DNA of 64,000 bases from Chloroflexota bacterium (lineage in GTDB: Bacteria; Chloroflexota; UBA6077; JACCZL01): contig DASPXK010000303.1 of NCBI GenBank assembly GCA_035637315.1, positions 10,201-74,200 on the forward strand. Reading direction: 5' to 3'. A program made the translations under genes and the position numbers. Numbering within the stretch: the stretch's first letter is position 1; every line of letters begins with the position of its first letter. This document shows, piece by piece, positions 1 through 9,813 of the stretch. The notes under the pieces were generated by a model that was not told the origin of the DNA, searched no databases, and was given only the letters and a program-made list of their open reading frames with translations.

Positions 1-1814
1 CTGGCGAAGGCGGCGAGGTGGGCCAGCGTGACGCGCCGTTCTGGCGCGCCGCGCACGCGAGCGCCGCCGCCCGTGACGTCGACGTCGGCGGGATCCACTT
101 CCAGGAGCTCGGCCGCAAGCGGCGCCAGGGACGCTTTGAGTCGGTCCGAGGCAGCGCGCAACGCTCCCGCGCCCGCCACCGCGCCTCGGCTACCGAAGGT
201 ACCGCTCCCGACCGGCGTCAACGAGGTGTCGGTCCCGATCAGGCTGACCCAGTCGAGAGGGACCTCGAATTCGTCGGCCAGCGCCTGAGCGAGCGTCGTG
301 GACAAGCCCTGGCCGAGCGATGGTAGGCTGAGCGAAGCGGTCAATCTCCCATCAGGCTCGAGGCGCAGCCAGGCGCTCTCGTGCCCAGGCACGGACAGCA
401 TGCCACGCCCACGAAACGTCAGCGAACCCATTCCGGTGTACTCCGTGTAGCAGGCGATGCCGATCCCCAGAGTGCGGCCCGCCGTCCGACAACGGGCTTG
501 CTCGGCGCGCAGGTGCTCGTAGTCGACAAGCTTCAGGGCGCGATCGAGCGTCTCGTCGTAAGAGCCACTGTCGTAGAGGTGCCCGGTTGGCGAGGAATAC
601 GGAAAGGCGTTCCGCCGCAGCAGATTCCTGCGACGCACCTCAGCGGGGTCAAGTCGGAGGCGGCGCGCAAGCTCGTCCAGGAGCTGCTCGTGCGCGAGCG
701 CGGCAACCACCACCCCAACGCCACGGTAGGCGCCCTCTGGCGCCGCGTTGGTCAGCACGGCCCGCGCTCGGCAGTAGTAGCGGGAGACCATGTAGGGGCC
801 CGGTATCATGGTCGCGGTGCCCATCGGCTCCAGGATTGGCCCGTACGGGTGGACACCGTACGCGCCCACCTCACAGAGCACGTCGGCCCGGATCGCCAGG
901 ATCTCGCCCCGCCGTGTGGCGGCCGCCTCGACCCGAACCAGTGTATCGCGCGCGTGGGTGGCGGCGGCCAGGTGCTCCAGGCGATCTTCGATCCACTTGA
1001 CTGGCCGCCCCAGCCGAACAGCCGCCGCGGCCACCGCGATCTCCTCCGGGAAGACCTGAGCCTTGAGGCCGAAGCCCCCACCCACATCGGGGACCATGAC
1101 CCGAACCCGCTCGAGAGGGATGTCCAGGCATTCGCCGAGTGCCTCGCGTAGGGCGATCGGCGCTTGGGTCGAGCTCCAAACGATCAGCGTCCCGGTGACA
1201 GTATCGAAGTCGGCGAGCACAGCCCGCGTCTCGATGGGCAGGCCGACAACCCGCGGATGACGGATCTCGATCTCCACGGATAGGTCGGCCTCGGCGAAGG
1301 CAGCCTCGACAGATCCCTTCGAGCCGAGCTCGCGCTCGAGCACCACGTTGCCAGGCGCGGCCTCATGAAGCTGGACCGCCGCCGCCAGAGCCGATCTGGC
1401 GTCAGCAACGGCCGGGAGCGGCTCGTACTGCACCGCGACCAACTCCGCCGCATCGCGGGCACGGTAGGCGCCGTCGGCGACCACCAGCGCAACAGGCTCA
1501 CCCACGAACCGGACCCGCCCGACCGCCAGGTGTGGACGGTCGATCGGACGGTAGCCGGGCGCGTCGAGCCGTGTGCCGAAGGGCCGAGCTTGCCTCGCTA
1601 GGGCGGGCCCGTCAAGCACGAGATCGATGCCCCGCGCCGCTAACGTGTCGACTCTGACGATTCGGGCGTGGGCGTGTGGGCTGCGGACAAAGGCCGCATG
1701 GAGGAGCCCGGGCCGGCTCAGGTCATCCAGATACAGGCCATGCCCGGTCAGGAGCCGCGGATCCTCCACGCGACGCAACGCCGCGCCTATCGATCGGCGC
1801 GCCCGGCTGGCCAT
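1..1814 (-). CDS. xanthine dehydrogenase / CO dehydrogenase family molybdopterin-binding large subunit (CoxL/XdhA-like), partial - continues beyond window start
   Basis: ATG at 1812-1814 on minus strand; one open frame from 1814 down to position 1 (missing from the ORF track only because no stop lies in the window); hand translation MASRARRSIGAALRRVEDPRLLTGHGLYLDD...VGGGFGLKAQVFPEE...; lies directly downstream of the 2Fe-2S subunit gene. Confidence 0.8.
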   Translation of the reverse strand, partial: MASRARRSIGAALRRVEDPRLLTGHGLYLDDLSRPGLLHAAFVRSPHAHARIVRVDTLAARGIDLVLDGPALARQARPFGTRLDAPGYRPIDRPHLAVGRVRFVGEPVALVVADGAYRARDAAELVAVQYEPLPAVADARSALAAAVQLHEAAPGNVVLERELGSKGSVEAAFAEADLSVEIEIRHPRVVGLPIETRAVLADFDTVTGTLIVWSSTQAPIALREALGECLDIPLERVRVMVPDVGGGFGLKAQVFPEEIAVAAAAVRLGRPVKWIEDRLEHLAAATHARDTLVRVEAAATRRGEILAIRADVLCEVGAYGVHPYGPILEPMGTATMIPGPYMVSRYYCRARAVLTNAAPEGAYRGVGVVVAALAHEQLLDELARRLRLDPAEVRRRNLLRRNAFPYSSPTGHLYDSGSYDETLDRALKLVDYEHLRAEQARCRTAGRTLGIGIACYTEYTGMGSLTFRGRGMLSVPGHESAWLRLEPDGRLTASLSLPSLGQGLSTTLAQALADEFEVPLDWVSLIGTDTSLTPVGSGTFGSRGAVAGAGALRAASDRLKASLAPLAAELLEVDPADVDVTGGGARVRGAPERRVTLAHLAAFA

Positions 1815-1970
1815 ACAGGATATATCGTCAGGCGCCGGCGATCTGCTCGAGCGTCGGTCCGTTTGTCTGCTCGCCCAGCACGACGACGAAGAGCGCGTCG
1901 ATTAGCATGATCGCTGTGAATGCCAGGAATAGGGTATCAGGACTGCCACGACAAGTCCTCACTCGGCCGA

Positions 1971-2513
1971 TCAGGCCGGACTAGCAGACCGAAGCAGCTC
2001 CGCCGCTCGGAGCGTGGCCTTGACGATGTTCTGATAGCCGGTACAGCGGCACAGGTTGCCGGCTAGCGCCTCTCGCACCTGGCGCTCGGTTGGGTCCGGG
2101 TTCTCCTCCAGATAGGCTTTAATCGTCAAGAGGAAGCCCGGGGTGCAGAAGCCGCACTGCAGTCCGTGACACTCCCAGAACGCCTCCTGGATCGGGTGCA
2201 GCTGGTCAGGGCCGGGCGCCAGGCCCTCGACTGTCAACAGCTCATGTCCATCTGCCTGGACCGCGAACAGCAAACAGGAGCGGACCGGCTCGCCGTCCAT
2301 GAGAACGGTGCACGCCCCGCACACTCCATGCTCGCAACCCAGATGGGTGCCCGTCAGCCCGAGGTCCTCGCGGATAAAGTCTGCAAGCAGCTTGCGCGCC
2401 TCTGCCTCGCCCTCGCGCGCCTGACCATTGACGGTCAGTTGGATCTTGTGCTTGGCCAGAGCCGGGTCGTCCACGCCTTCCTCACGGTGGCGGCCTGCCA
2501 GAGGGCGGCTCAC
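1971..2513 (-). CDS. (2Fe-2S)-binding small subunit of xanthine dehydrogenase/CO dehydrogenase family (CoxS-like)
   Basis: 180-aa ORF; Cys clusters CEHGVCGACTV and CGFCTPG..CRCTGY typical of the 2Fe-2S subunit. Confidence 0.85.
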   Translation of the reverse strand: MSRPLAGRHREEGVDDPALAKHKIQLTVNGQAREGEAEARKLLADFIREDLGLTGTHLGCEHGVCGACTVLMDGEPVRSCLLFAVQADGHELLTVEGLAPGPDQLHPIQEAFWECHGLQCGFCTPGFLLTIKAYLEENPDPTERQVREALAGNLCRCTGYQNIVKATLRAAELLRSASPA

Positions 2514-2684
2514 CCTTCCATCGGAACGCTAGCTGGTACCTATCGGGGTGTCAACTAGATAGCCCCAAGGCCGCTAGTATAGCTGCCAAGGCCGCGCCGG
2601 GCTTCAGGCCGGGCTATAGTAGAGGCCGGGCTCCGTTCCGGATGGGCCGCGGCGAACGCCAAGTAGCGAAAGGGGTAGCCCGGC

Positions 2685-3431
2685 GTGTCTCGCTCAGACG
2701 GGCTGCGAGGGCGAGAGTCGGCGCCGTCCGCTGATCGGCCCAGCGTAACCGTCAAGTTCGCGCAGACGCTCGACGGCAGGACTGCCACCCTCGACGGTCA
2801 GTCCCAGTGGATCAGTGGCCAGGCTTCGCTGACCTTGGCCCACGAGCTGCGCGCAAGTCATGACGCGGTCATGGTCGGGGTCGGCACTGTCCTCAAAGAC
2901 AACCCTCGGCTCACGGTGCGCCTGGTGCCCGGGCCCAGTCCACTGCGGATCGTCGCCGACACGTTGATTCGCTTGCCCCTGGAGTGCCATTTGCTCAGCG
3001 AGGAGCCGCAGCGGACAGTCGTCGCGGCCGCCGAGAACGCGCCGCCCGACCGGGTCCGGGCGGTCCGCGCTCGCGGGGCCCAAATCCTGGCCGTGCGGAC
3101 AGCCACCGATGGCCGGCTGGACCTCGCAGACCTGCTCGGACAGCTTTGGACCCGGGGCGTCCGATCGGTGATGGTGGAAGGCGGGGCCGCGATCGTGACG
3201 TCTCTGCTCCGTGCGAGGCTCGTCGACCGCCTGGTCGTCTGCATAGCACCGATGCTGGTCGGGTCAGGCCTGGACGCGGTCGGCGATCTCGGAATCCGTG
3301 ACCTGACAGACGCCCTGACCTTTTCACGCACCGAGGTCCGGCGACTGGGCGACGACATCATCTTCGACGGCGCGCTCGATGCGAGTCACGAGTCACGGGT
3401 CGCGAGTCGCGAGTCGTCGCCCGGCTCGTGA
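2685..3431 (+). CDS. RibD C-terminal domain / dihydrofolate-reductase-like reductase family protein
   Basis: VTVKFAQTLDGRTA..DGQSQW motif of the RibD_C reductase fold; the ORF tail reads through a heptamer array, so the native C-terminus may be slightly earlier. Confidence 0.65.
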   Translation: MSRSDGLRGRESAPSADRPSVTVKFAQTLDGRTATLDGQSQWISGQASLTLAHELRASHDAVMVGVGTVLKDNPRLTVRLVPGPSPLRIVADTLIRLPLECHLLSEEPQRTVVAAAENAPPDRVRAVRARGAQILAVRTATDGRLDLADLLGQLWTRGVRSVMVEGGAAIVTSLLRARLVDRLVVCIAPMLVGSGLDAVGDLGIRDLTDALTFSRTEVRRLGDDIIFDGALDASHESRVASRESSPGS

Positions 3432-3449
3432 CTCGTGACTGGTGACTCG
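3383..3449. repeat. palindromic heptamer array (GAGTCAC-type x5, spacer, TCGTGAC x3)
   Basis: Direct reading of sequence; the right arm contains the TGA stop of the upstream gene (3429-3431) and the GTG start of the downstream gene (3435). Confidence 0.8.
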
Positions 3450-4463
3450 GCGAAGGCGGTCTGGTTTACAGCGCCACGCACCGTCGAGCTGCGCGATGAG
3501 GCGTTTCGCGCCGCAGGGCCAGGCGAGCTTCAGGTTGAGGCGATCGCCTCGGCCATCAGCCAGGGCACCGAGATGCTCGTCTATCGAGGCCAGGTGCCGC
3601 CGGGGACGACCCTCGACCTGCCATCCGTGGCGGGCGGCTTCGAGTTTCCAATCAAGTACGGGTATGCGAGCCTTGGACGGGTTGTGGCCGTCGGACCCGA
3701 GTCCGGCCCCTTCCAGCCTGGCGACCTCGTCTTCGCGCTCCATCCACATCAGACGGCGTACGTCCTCCCGGCCAGCCTCGCTTGGCGCTTGCCAGTTGGC
3801 CTGCCGGCCGAGCGAGCGCTGCTCGCGGCCAACCTGGAGACGGCGCTCAACTGTCTGCTCGATCAGCCGGTCCGAGTCGGCGAGTGGGTGCTGGTCTTTG
3901 GCCAGGGCGTGGTCGGCCTATTGGTGGGTCTTCTGGCCCGTCGCAACGGCGCCCGGCGCCTGATCGTGGTCGAGGAATACGAACGACGGCGGGCGCTTGC
4001 GCTCCAGCTCGGAGCGGACGAGGCCTGGCCGCCGGGCCCCGACCTGGCTGCCCGTGTGCGGGGGGCGACCGACGGCCGGGGCGCCGACCTCGTGTTCGAG
4101 GCAAGCGGCAATCCAGCCGCCCTCCAGATGGCGATCGATTCGGTCGCGCCAAACGGGACGGTGCTCGTCGCCTCGTGGTATGGGACGAAGCCCGTCTCAC
4201 TGGACCTTGGCGGCCATTTCCATCGCGGACGCATCCGCGTCCGCAGCTCCCAGGTGGGCCAGCTTGACCCGTCTCTCCTGCCCCGCTGGGACCGCCAGCG
4301 CCGCGCGGCCGAGGTACTCTCTCTTTTATCGGAGCTGCCGCTAGGCGGTCTGGTGAGCCACCGCATCCCCTTCCGCCAGGCCGCCGACGCCTATCGCCTC
4401 ATCGACGAGCATCCTGAGCAAACCGTCCAGGTTGCTCTGACATACGGACTCGGCGAGGGCTGA
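3435..4463 (+). CDS. zinc-dependent medium-chain dehydrogenase/reductase (alcohol dehydrogenase-like)
   Basis: 342-aa ORF; GQVPPG.., Rossmann motif VFGQGVVGLL, MDR-family architecture. Confidence 0.75.
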   Translation: MTGDSAKAVWFTAPRTVELRDEAFRAAGPGELQVEAIASAISQGTEMLVYRGQVPPGTTLDLPSVAGGFEFPIKYGYASLGRVVAVGPESGPFQPGDLVFALHPHQTAYVLPASLAWRLPVGLPAERALLAANLETALNCLLDQPVRVGEWVLVFGQGVVGLLVGLLARRNGARRLIVVEEYERRRALALQLGADEAWPPGPDLAARVRGATDGRGADLVFEASGNPAALQMAIDSVAPNGTVLVASWYGTKPVSLDLGGHFHRGRIRVRSSQVGQLDPSLLPRWDRQRRAAEVLSLLSELPLGGLVSHRIPFRQAADAYRLIDEHPEQTVQVALTYGLGEG

Positions 4464-4481
4464 TGGAGTCAGGGATCTACA

Positions 4482-4500
4482 GATGTATAATGGCGATGTA
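4482..4500 (+). promoter_or_regulatory. putative -10 box (TATAAT at 4486-4491) with GATGTA direct repeats upstream of vapBC
   Basis: GATGTATAATGGCGATGTACAC about 30 nt upstream of the AGGAGA SD and the ATG at 4524. Confidence 0.3.
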
Positions 4501-4523
4501 CACCCCGACAGGAGAGCGACCAG

Positions 4524-4829
4524 ATGCGCATGATTCGCAAGCAGCTATACCTCGGCCGCGAACATCAGCGGAAGCTCAAGTGCCTGGCGGCGCACTGGGG
4601 ATGCACCGAAGCAGCGGTGGTTCGCGAGGCGCTCGAGCGGTTGCCTGACCTCAACGATTCCATCGACAGCCGACTTGCGGAGGCCGGGCTTCTCATGCCA
4701 CCGCCGTTCGACCCAGACCTGCCCACGGGAACGGAGGCGCAGCGGCTCGAGCAATCTGAAATGGAATGGCTGGCTCGACAACGGGATCCGCTCGGCTTGG
4801 CCGAAGCCGTTCTAGCAGACCGCCGCTAG
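4524..4829 (+). CDS. vapB: type II antitoxin, ribbon-helix-helix (VapB/CopG-like)
   Basis: 101 aa; N-terminal RHH-like sequence; AGGAGA SD; stop TAG overlaps the GTG of the downstream PIN gene (TAGTG). Confidence 0.75.
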   Translation: MRMIRKQLYLGREHQRKLKCLAAHWGCTEAAVVREALERLPDLNDSIDSRLAEAGLLMPPPFDPDLPTGTEAQRLEQSEMEWLARQRDPLGLAEAVLADRR

Positions 4830-5283
4830 TGGCGGTCTTGTTTCTCGACACGTCCACTCTGGTTCGCCGCTACGATCCTGGAGCGCGGGCTCCCACCGAG
4901 TGGCGGCACTGTGCCAGCGGTCGGCCGGCCACGCGCTTCTTATTGCCCCCATCGCCACAATGGAGGTCGCCTCCGCATTGAACCGCAAGCTCCGCGAGAA
5001 TCGTCTGGATGCCGAACGCCGAGATCGACTCTGGCGTCTGTTTCGGCTCCATCTGCGCGGGGAGTATCGGATCATCGCCCTGGATGATCAGATCTACCGG
5101 TTGGCCGTGCGGATATTGTTCCACCACGCGTTGCGGGCCTATGACGCCCTCCACCTCGCCACTGCATTACGAGCGACGCGGCTTCTGGCGGGCCTGACGG
5201 CTGACTTTCGTTTCTGCACCGCAGACCTGGCTCAGGCAGAGGCAGCTGGCCGCGAAGGCCTGATAGTAGATCACATCTCATGA
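4829..5283 (+). pseudogene. vapC: PIN-domain toxin VapC, apparently frameshifted (or an assembly indel)
   Basis: N-terminal part VAVLFLDTSTLVRRYDPGARAPTE in frame 2 continues as VAALCQRSAGHALLIAPIATMEVASALNRKLRE...AYDALHLATAL...TADFRF in frame 1; conserved PIN acidic residues present; a single G appears to be missing near 4898-4902. Confidence 0.6.
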
Positions 5284-6035
5284 CACGTCGCTGCCCGGCG
5301 GGCCTGATCAGGCCGCTGCCGGTCGACCTCATCGTCGTGGTCGGTACGGCGCCGGCCCGGGCCGCCAGGGATGCCACCAACACGATCCCCATCGTCTTCG
5401 CGCGGAGCGACGATCCGGTCAGGTTCGGGCTTGTCTCCAGCCTCGCCCGACCCGGCGGGAACGCCACCGGGCTTACCACCATTAGCACGCAGTTGATCGG
5501 CAAGCGGCTTGAGCTCCTCAAGGAAGCCCTGCCTGGCGTCTCGCGCGTCGGCGTCCTCTGGAACCCGGCCATCGTCGAGCGGACGTCCGAATTCCCGGAC
5601 GTCGAGGCCGCCGCACAGATGCTCGGGCTCCAGGTAGTCTCCCTTGAGGCGCGCGAGGCGAGTGAGCTCCAGGCCGCCTTCGAAGCGGCGATCCGGCAGC
5701 AGGCCGACGTTATCTTCACGCTGGACAATGCTCTGCTGTCCGTCCACAGCGCTGAGCTCGCCGGGCTCACGACAAAGCATCGGCTGCCGATGATGTCCGC
5801 CAATCGGGATTACGCGGCCGTCGGGGGCCTCATGAGCTATGGCCCGGACTATCTGGAGCAATACCGCCGAGCGGCGACCTACGTCAACAAGATCCTCAAG
5901 GGCGCCAAGCCGGCCGACCTGCCGGTCGAGCAGCCCACCAAGTTCGAGTTCGTCATCAACCTCAAGACCGCCCAGGCGCTCGGCCTCACCCTTCCCCAGT
6001 CGATCCTGCTCCAGGCGACCGAGGTCATCCAGTAG
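5280..6035 (+). pseudogene. C-terminal half of an ABC transporter substrate-binding protein (ABC_sub_bind family) - gene fragment
   Basis: LIVVVGTAPARAARDATNTIPIVF...DPVRFGLVSSLARPGGNATGLT matches the second half of this family; no signal peptide or N-terminal domain here; the matching N-terminal half is at 18950-19319 on the opposite strand. Confidence 0.65.
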
Positions 6036-6157
6036 GCCACGCCGGCTCGTAGTGCGCGCTCACGGTGACGGCGGGTGGCGCTCGGCTTGGACCGCAGCCC
6101 GAATTGGGGTGACGCAAATAGCTCGGGGTTCGGCTGAGGCCGTTCGTGAAGGACAGG

Positions 6158-6859
6158 TCAGCCGGGCCTGGCCTTGGCGACTCGGTCGCGCTTGTACGCC
6201 TCGGGCAGCAGGTCCAACATCCGCTCTTCCATGAGCCGGGCTCGCTCGTCCAGGTCTGATTCCGTCCGCCGGGGCGGCAGCGGGGGCACAACGAACGGCT
6301 CGCCGAAGCGGACCTCGAACCGCCCGCGGCTGAGGATGGAGCCGCCGGTCCCAAGGACGGCGGCTGGGACGACCGGTGTCCCGGTCTTGGCGGCCAGGTA
6401 CGCCGGACCGGCCTTGATCTGGCCGAATAGACCCTGGCGGCCAAAGGCGCGGGTGGCCTGCGGGAACGCCGCGACCACGTGGCCCCTGCGCAGCTCCTCG
6501 ACCGCTGCCCGAAGCGCCCCGAAGTCGGCCTCGTCGCGTCGGATCGAGATGGCCCCGGATCTCCGCAGCCACCAACCGAGAAACGGGACCTCGAAGAACT
6601 CCGAACGCGCGAACATGGTGATCGAGCGCTTGCCCACCCTGCTGACCGCCTCCCCTACCATGAACGGGTCGAACGCGTCGACGTGATTGGCGACGAGTAA
6701 GACCGGGCCTTCGCGAGGGAAGGAGCCGCTGATCGCCAGGGAGTGCCAACGCGCGATCGCCGTGACCCAGAGCTTGTTGATCCCAAACAGCCAGCGCGGC
6801 TGGTCCGGCTGTTCGACTCGGATACCGAACGCGGTCCGCTGAGGCACCATCGTGGGCAC
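6158..6859 (-). CDS. plsC: 1-acyl-sn-glycerol-3-phosphate acyltransferase (lysophospholipid acyltransferase)
   Basis: 233 aa; NHVDAFDP (HX4D) and FPE/ PxxG acyltransferase motifs. Confidence 0.8.
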   Translation of the reverse strand: MPTMVPQRTAFGIRVEQPDQPRWLFGINKLWVTAIARWHSLAISGSFPREGPVLLVANHVDAFDPFMVGEAVSRVGKRSITMFARSEFFEVPFLGWWLRRSGAISIRRDEADFGALRAAVEELRRGHVVAAFPQATRAFGRQGLFGQIKAGPAYLAAKTGTPVVPAAVLGTGGSILSRGRFEVRFGEPFVVPPLPPRRTESDLDERARLMEERMLDLLPEAYKRDRVAKARPG

Positions 6860-6927
6860 TATAGCAAGCCGCCCCGCTACGTTCCGGTTGGCCTTATAAT
6901 GGCTCTCCAGGATCGCGCTGTCAGGGG

Positions 6928-7119
6928 ATGACCCGCGTGTCTGAGGAGCCTCACCCGGGCCCAGCCGGTTCCGTTCAAGACGCGTCGCGGCGCACTTCGC
7001 CCGAGCCGCCGCCGTACGGCAAACAGCTGTGCCCCCAGTGTGGCTATCTGATTTCGGACATCGCCGGCAGCAAGGCCGCCATCTGCCTCAACTGCGGTTT
7101 CAAAGACCCCTGCTGCTAG
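6928..7119 (+). CDS. small zinc-ribbon protein (CPQCG...CLNCG)
   Basis: 63-aa ORF with two CxxC pairs; weak SD. Confidence 0.4.
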   Translation: MTRVSEEPHPGPAGSVQDASRRTSPEPPPYGKQLCPQCGYLISDIAGSKAAICLNCGFKDPCC

Positions 7120-7126
7120 TACGAGT

Positions 7127-7179
7127 CGAAAGTCAGGGCTCAAAAATCCAAACTCGTACTTGGGAGTTTCGACGTTTGA
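7127..7179. repeat. inverted repeat AGTACGAGT / ACTCGTACT with 35-nt loop, directly after the small ORF stop
   Basis: Direct reading of sequence. Confidence 0.5.
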
Positions 7180-7226
7180 CTTTTGACTGGTAAACTGGGG
7201 CGAGTCATGAGGTCCTGGTAGGCTGC

Positions 7227-9425
7227 ATGCTTGATTCCGGCGAGCCTCGCGGCACGTCCGGCGTAGTCCCATACCTCTTCCGCGCCGCGGTCCTCATAGC
7301 CTTCGCCGTCCTAGCCGCTCAGCTCTGGCGGCTCCAGATCGTCGAGGGCTTTCAGCTTCGCCAGCGCGCCGACAACAACCGCGTTCGGGTGAGTCAGATT
7401 ACCCCGCCGCGAGGCGTGATCTACGACCGTAACGGCACGATCATCGCCTCGAACGCACCCGTTTTCGTCATTTCTATCGTGCCGGCCGATCTTCCGCCGC
7501 GCGGCGAAGGGCTAGTCTACAGTCGTCTCGCGTCGCTGCTGGGGGTCACCACGGCCGAGGTTCGGCAGGCGGTCGACCGTCGCAAAGTCGAGGGCGACCC
7601 GTTCACACCGATCCCGATCCGGTCCAACGTCCCGCGCGACGCGGCGCTCATGGTCGAACAGCGACACACCGACTTGCCCGGCGTGCTCGTGTCGGTGGAA
7701 TCGGTCCGCAAGTACGCCGAGGGGCCGCTGCTGGCCCACTTGCTCGGCTATACGGGCCCGATCTCGCCAGCCGTTCTGTCGCCGGCCGAGTACAAGCAGA
7801 AGGTCGAGAAGGAAGGCTACTCGATAAACGACCGCATCGGGACCGCCGGGCTGGAAGACGCGTACGAGTCGTATCTGCGCGGCAAGCCTGGCCGGCGGAT
7901 GTACGAGGTCGAGGCCTCCGGACGAGTCGTTAGCGAGCTGCGCGTCGAGCGCCCCGAGCCCGGTAAGAACCTGGTCCTCAACATCGACCTCGACGTGCAG
8001 CGGATGGTTGCCAACATCTTGCGCGAGGGCCTCCACCAGGGGAACGTGGGGGCCGCAATCATCAGCAGCGTGAAGACCGGCGAAGTCCTCGCGCTTGTGA
8101 GCCTGCCCAGCTACGACAACAACATCTTCGCCGACGATAGCCGTGAGGAGGAGTTGTCGCGCCTGCTCACCGATCCGGAGCAGCCCTTCTTCCACCGCGG
8201 CATCGCCGGCAACTATCCGCCCGGCTCGACCTTCAAGCTGGTTACCGGTCTGGGCGCACTTCAGGAAGGCGTCGCGGCTCGGGACACCGTGATCGAGAGC
8301 AAAGGCGTGCTCTACGTCCAGCACGATTACTACCCGACCTACCGCCAGCCGTTCCTGGATTGGGCTCCGCTCGGTCGCCTGAACTTCATCCAGGCGATCG
8401 CCAATTCCTCCAACATCTACTTCTTCTACCTGGGCGGCGGGTATGAGCCAGAGCGTTTCGTGGGTCTGGGCAACGAGCGTCTGGCTCGCTACGCGCGGAT
8501 GATGGGTTTCGGCGCACCAACCGGGATCGACCTCCCGGGCGAATCGTCGGGCACGATCCCGGACGAGGCCTGGAAGCTGCAGAAGATCGGCGAGAAATGG
8601 GTCAAGGGAGATACCTACAACATGTCGATCGGCCAGGGCTATGTGGAGGCCACGCCGATCCAGGTCCACAACGCGACGGTGGCCATCGCCAACGGCGGCA
8701 CACTCCTGAAGCCGCGAATCGTCAGGGAGATCCTCGATTCTGACGGCAACGTCGTCGTCAGGACCCAGCCAGAGGCGATCCGAGCACTGGACGTCGAGCC
8801 GCGCCACCTGAAGACGATGATCGAAGGCATGGAGGCCGGCTTCAGCGCCCAGTTGTTGCGCGATTATCGGATTCCCGGCCTGAGAGTAGCCGGCAAGACC
8901 GGGACCGCCGAGTTTGGCCAGGCCGCCAGTCCGCAGGGCGAGCTACCGACCCATGGCTGGTTTACCGGCTTCGCGCCGGTGGAAGACCCGCAGATCGCCG
9001 TGACGGTGTTTGTCGAGCGCGGCTCGAGCAGCCGCGACGCAGCGCCAATCGCGGCCAGGATCCTGCGCCACTACTTCGCGATCCCGGAGAACGCACCTGC
9101 CCCGCCGTTGCCCCCGCCAACCGTGGTCCCGAACAGGTCCGTCGTCGCTCCGACGCCACCTCGCCAGCCGGTCGCGACCCCGCCGGTCGCCACCGCCATC
9201 GCGACTGTGGCCTCGACGCCTGGCGCGCCGCCGCCTCCGGCAGCCCCGGCGGTTGCCCCAAGTCAGGGCCTCCCGCCGACACAGCCCGCGCCACCACTGG
9301 CCACCCCGCCGGCAGTCGTTCCAAAGCCGCCTGCCGTCTTCACGCCAGTCGCGGCGCCAGACGCACCGCCTGCTCGCCCAACTCGGGCCCCTACTCCGGG
9401 CAGCGTCCCCAGGCCGCCCCGTTAG
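7227..9425 (+). CDS. mrdA: penicillin-binding protein 2 (peptidoglycan D,D-transpeptidase) with Pro/Ala-rich C-terminal tail
   Basis: 732 aa; N-terminal membrane anchor, PBP dimerisation domain, transpeptidase motifs STFK, SSN, KTGT; about 120-aa low-complexity PAPP-rich tail. Confidence 0.85.
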   Translation: MLDSGEPRGTSGVVPYLFRAAVLIAFAVLAAQLWRLQIVEGFQLRQRADNNRVRVSQITPPRGVIYDRNGTIIASNAPVFVISIVPADLPPRGEGLVYSRLASLLGVTTAEVRQAVDRRKVEGDPFTPIPIRSNVPRDAALMVEQRHTDLPGVLVSVESVRKYAEGPLLAHLLGYTGPISPAVLSPAEYKQKVEKEGYSINDRIGTAGLEDAYESYLRGKPGRRMYEVEASGRVVSELRVERPEPGKNLVLNIDLDVQRMVANILREGLHQGNVGAAIISSVKTGEVLALVSLPSYDNNIFADDSREEELSRLLTDPEQPFFHRGIAGNYPPGSTFKLVTGLGALQEGVAARDTVIESKGVLYVQHDYYPTYRQPFLDWAPLGRLNFIQAIANSSNIYFFYLGGGYEPERFVGLGNERLARYARMMGFGAPTGIDLPGESSGTIPDEAWKLQKIGEKWVKGDTYNMSIGQGYVEATPIQVHNATVAIANGGTLLKPRIVREILDSDGNVVVRTQPEAIRALDVEPRHLKTMIEGMEAGFSAQLLRDYRIPGLRVAGKTGTAEFGQAASPQGELPTHGWFTGFAPVEDPQIAVTVFVERGSSSRDAAPIAARILRHYFAIPENAPAPPLPPPTVVPNRSVVAPTPPRQPVATPPVATAIATVASTPGAPPPPAAPAVAPSQGLPPTQPAPPLATPPAVVPKPPAVFTPVAAPDAPPARPTRAPTPGSVPRPPR

Positions 9426-9443
9426 GCGGGCTTGTCGGGCCGG

Positions 9444-9788
9444 CTAGGCGCGTTGGTCGGCGCTGGTACCGCCCCGCGATCGCGGCTGGCCGTTCAGGAA
9501 CGCGTGGCGGAGCGGAACGACCCGGAACATCACCCACACTTCGTCGCCGGTGTGCTCTTGAACCACGCTTGTGAGCGCCGCGGCGATCTCGCGCCCACGC
9601 CGGTAGACCTGCTCTTCCGAGCTCAGCTCCACCCACAGCTCAGCCTCGCCAGCCCCATCCTCGGAAACGATTCGGCGGATGGCGATGGAATCGGGTGGGA
9701 CGCGCAGGACTCGGCCAAGCTCCCGTTGGACTGAGTCGCGAATCGCGGCAAACGTCTCGGCCGCGCCGATGAAGTCGACAAAGATCAC
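9444..9788 (-). CDS. hypothetical protein (GTG start)
   Basis: 114-aa ORF; no family recognised. Confidence 0.3.
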   Translation of the reverse strand: MIFVDFIGAAETFAAIRDSVQRELGRVLRVPPDSIAIRRIVSEDGAGEAELWVELSSEEQVYRRGREIAAALTSVVQEHTGDEVWVMFRVVPLRHAFLNGQPRSRGGTSADQRA

Positions 9789-9813
9789 GGCGGTACCTGG
9801 TGGAAGTGTGCTG

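Noticed and set aside
381-1151. 256-aa plus-strand ORF and neighbouring ORFs in 1-1900
   Set aside because: They are antisense shadows of the CoxL-like gene, which occupies the minus strand over this whole span; the translations are low-complexity
5280-6035. Treating the ATG-initiated 251-aa ORF as an intact ABC-binding protein gene
   Set aside because: It lacks the signal peptide and the entire N-terminal domain, which are found 13.7 kb away on the other strand; it is called a fragment instead
7512-8807. 431-aa minus-strand ORF
   Set aside because: Lies entirely inside the PBP2 gene on the opposite strand; no motifs
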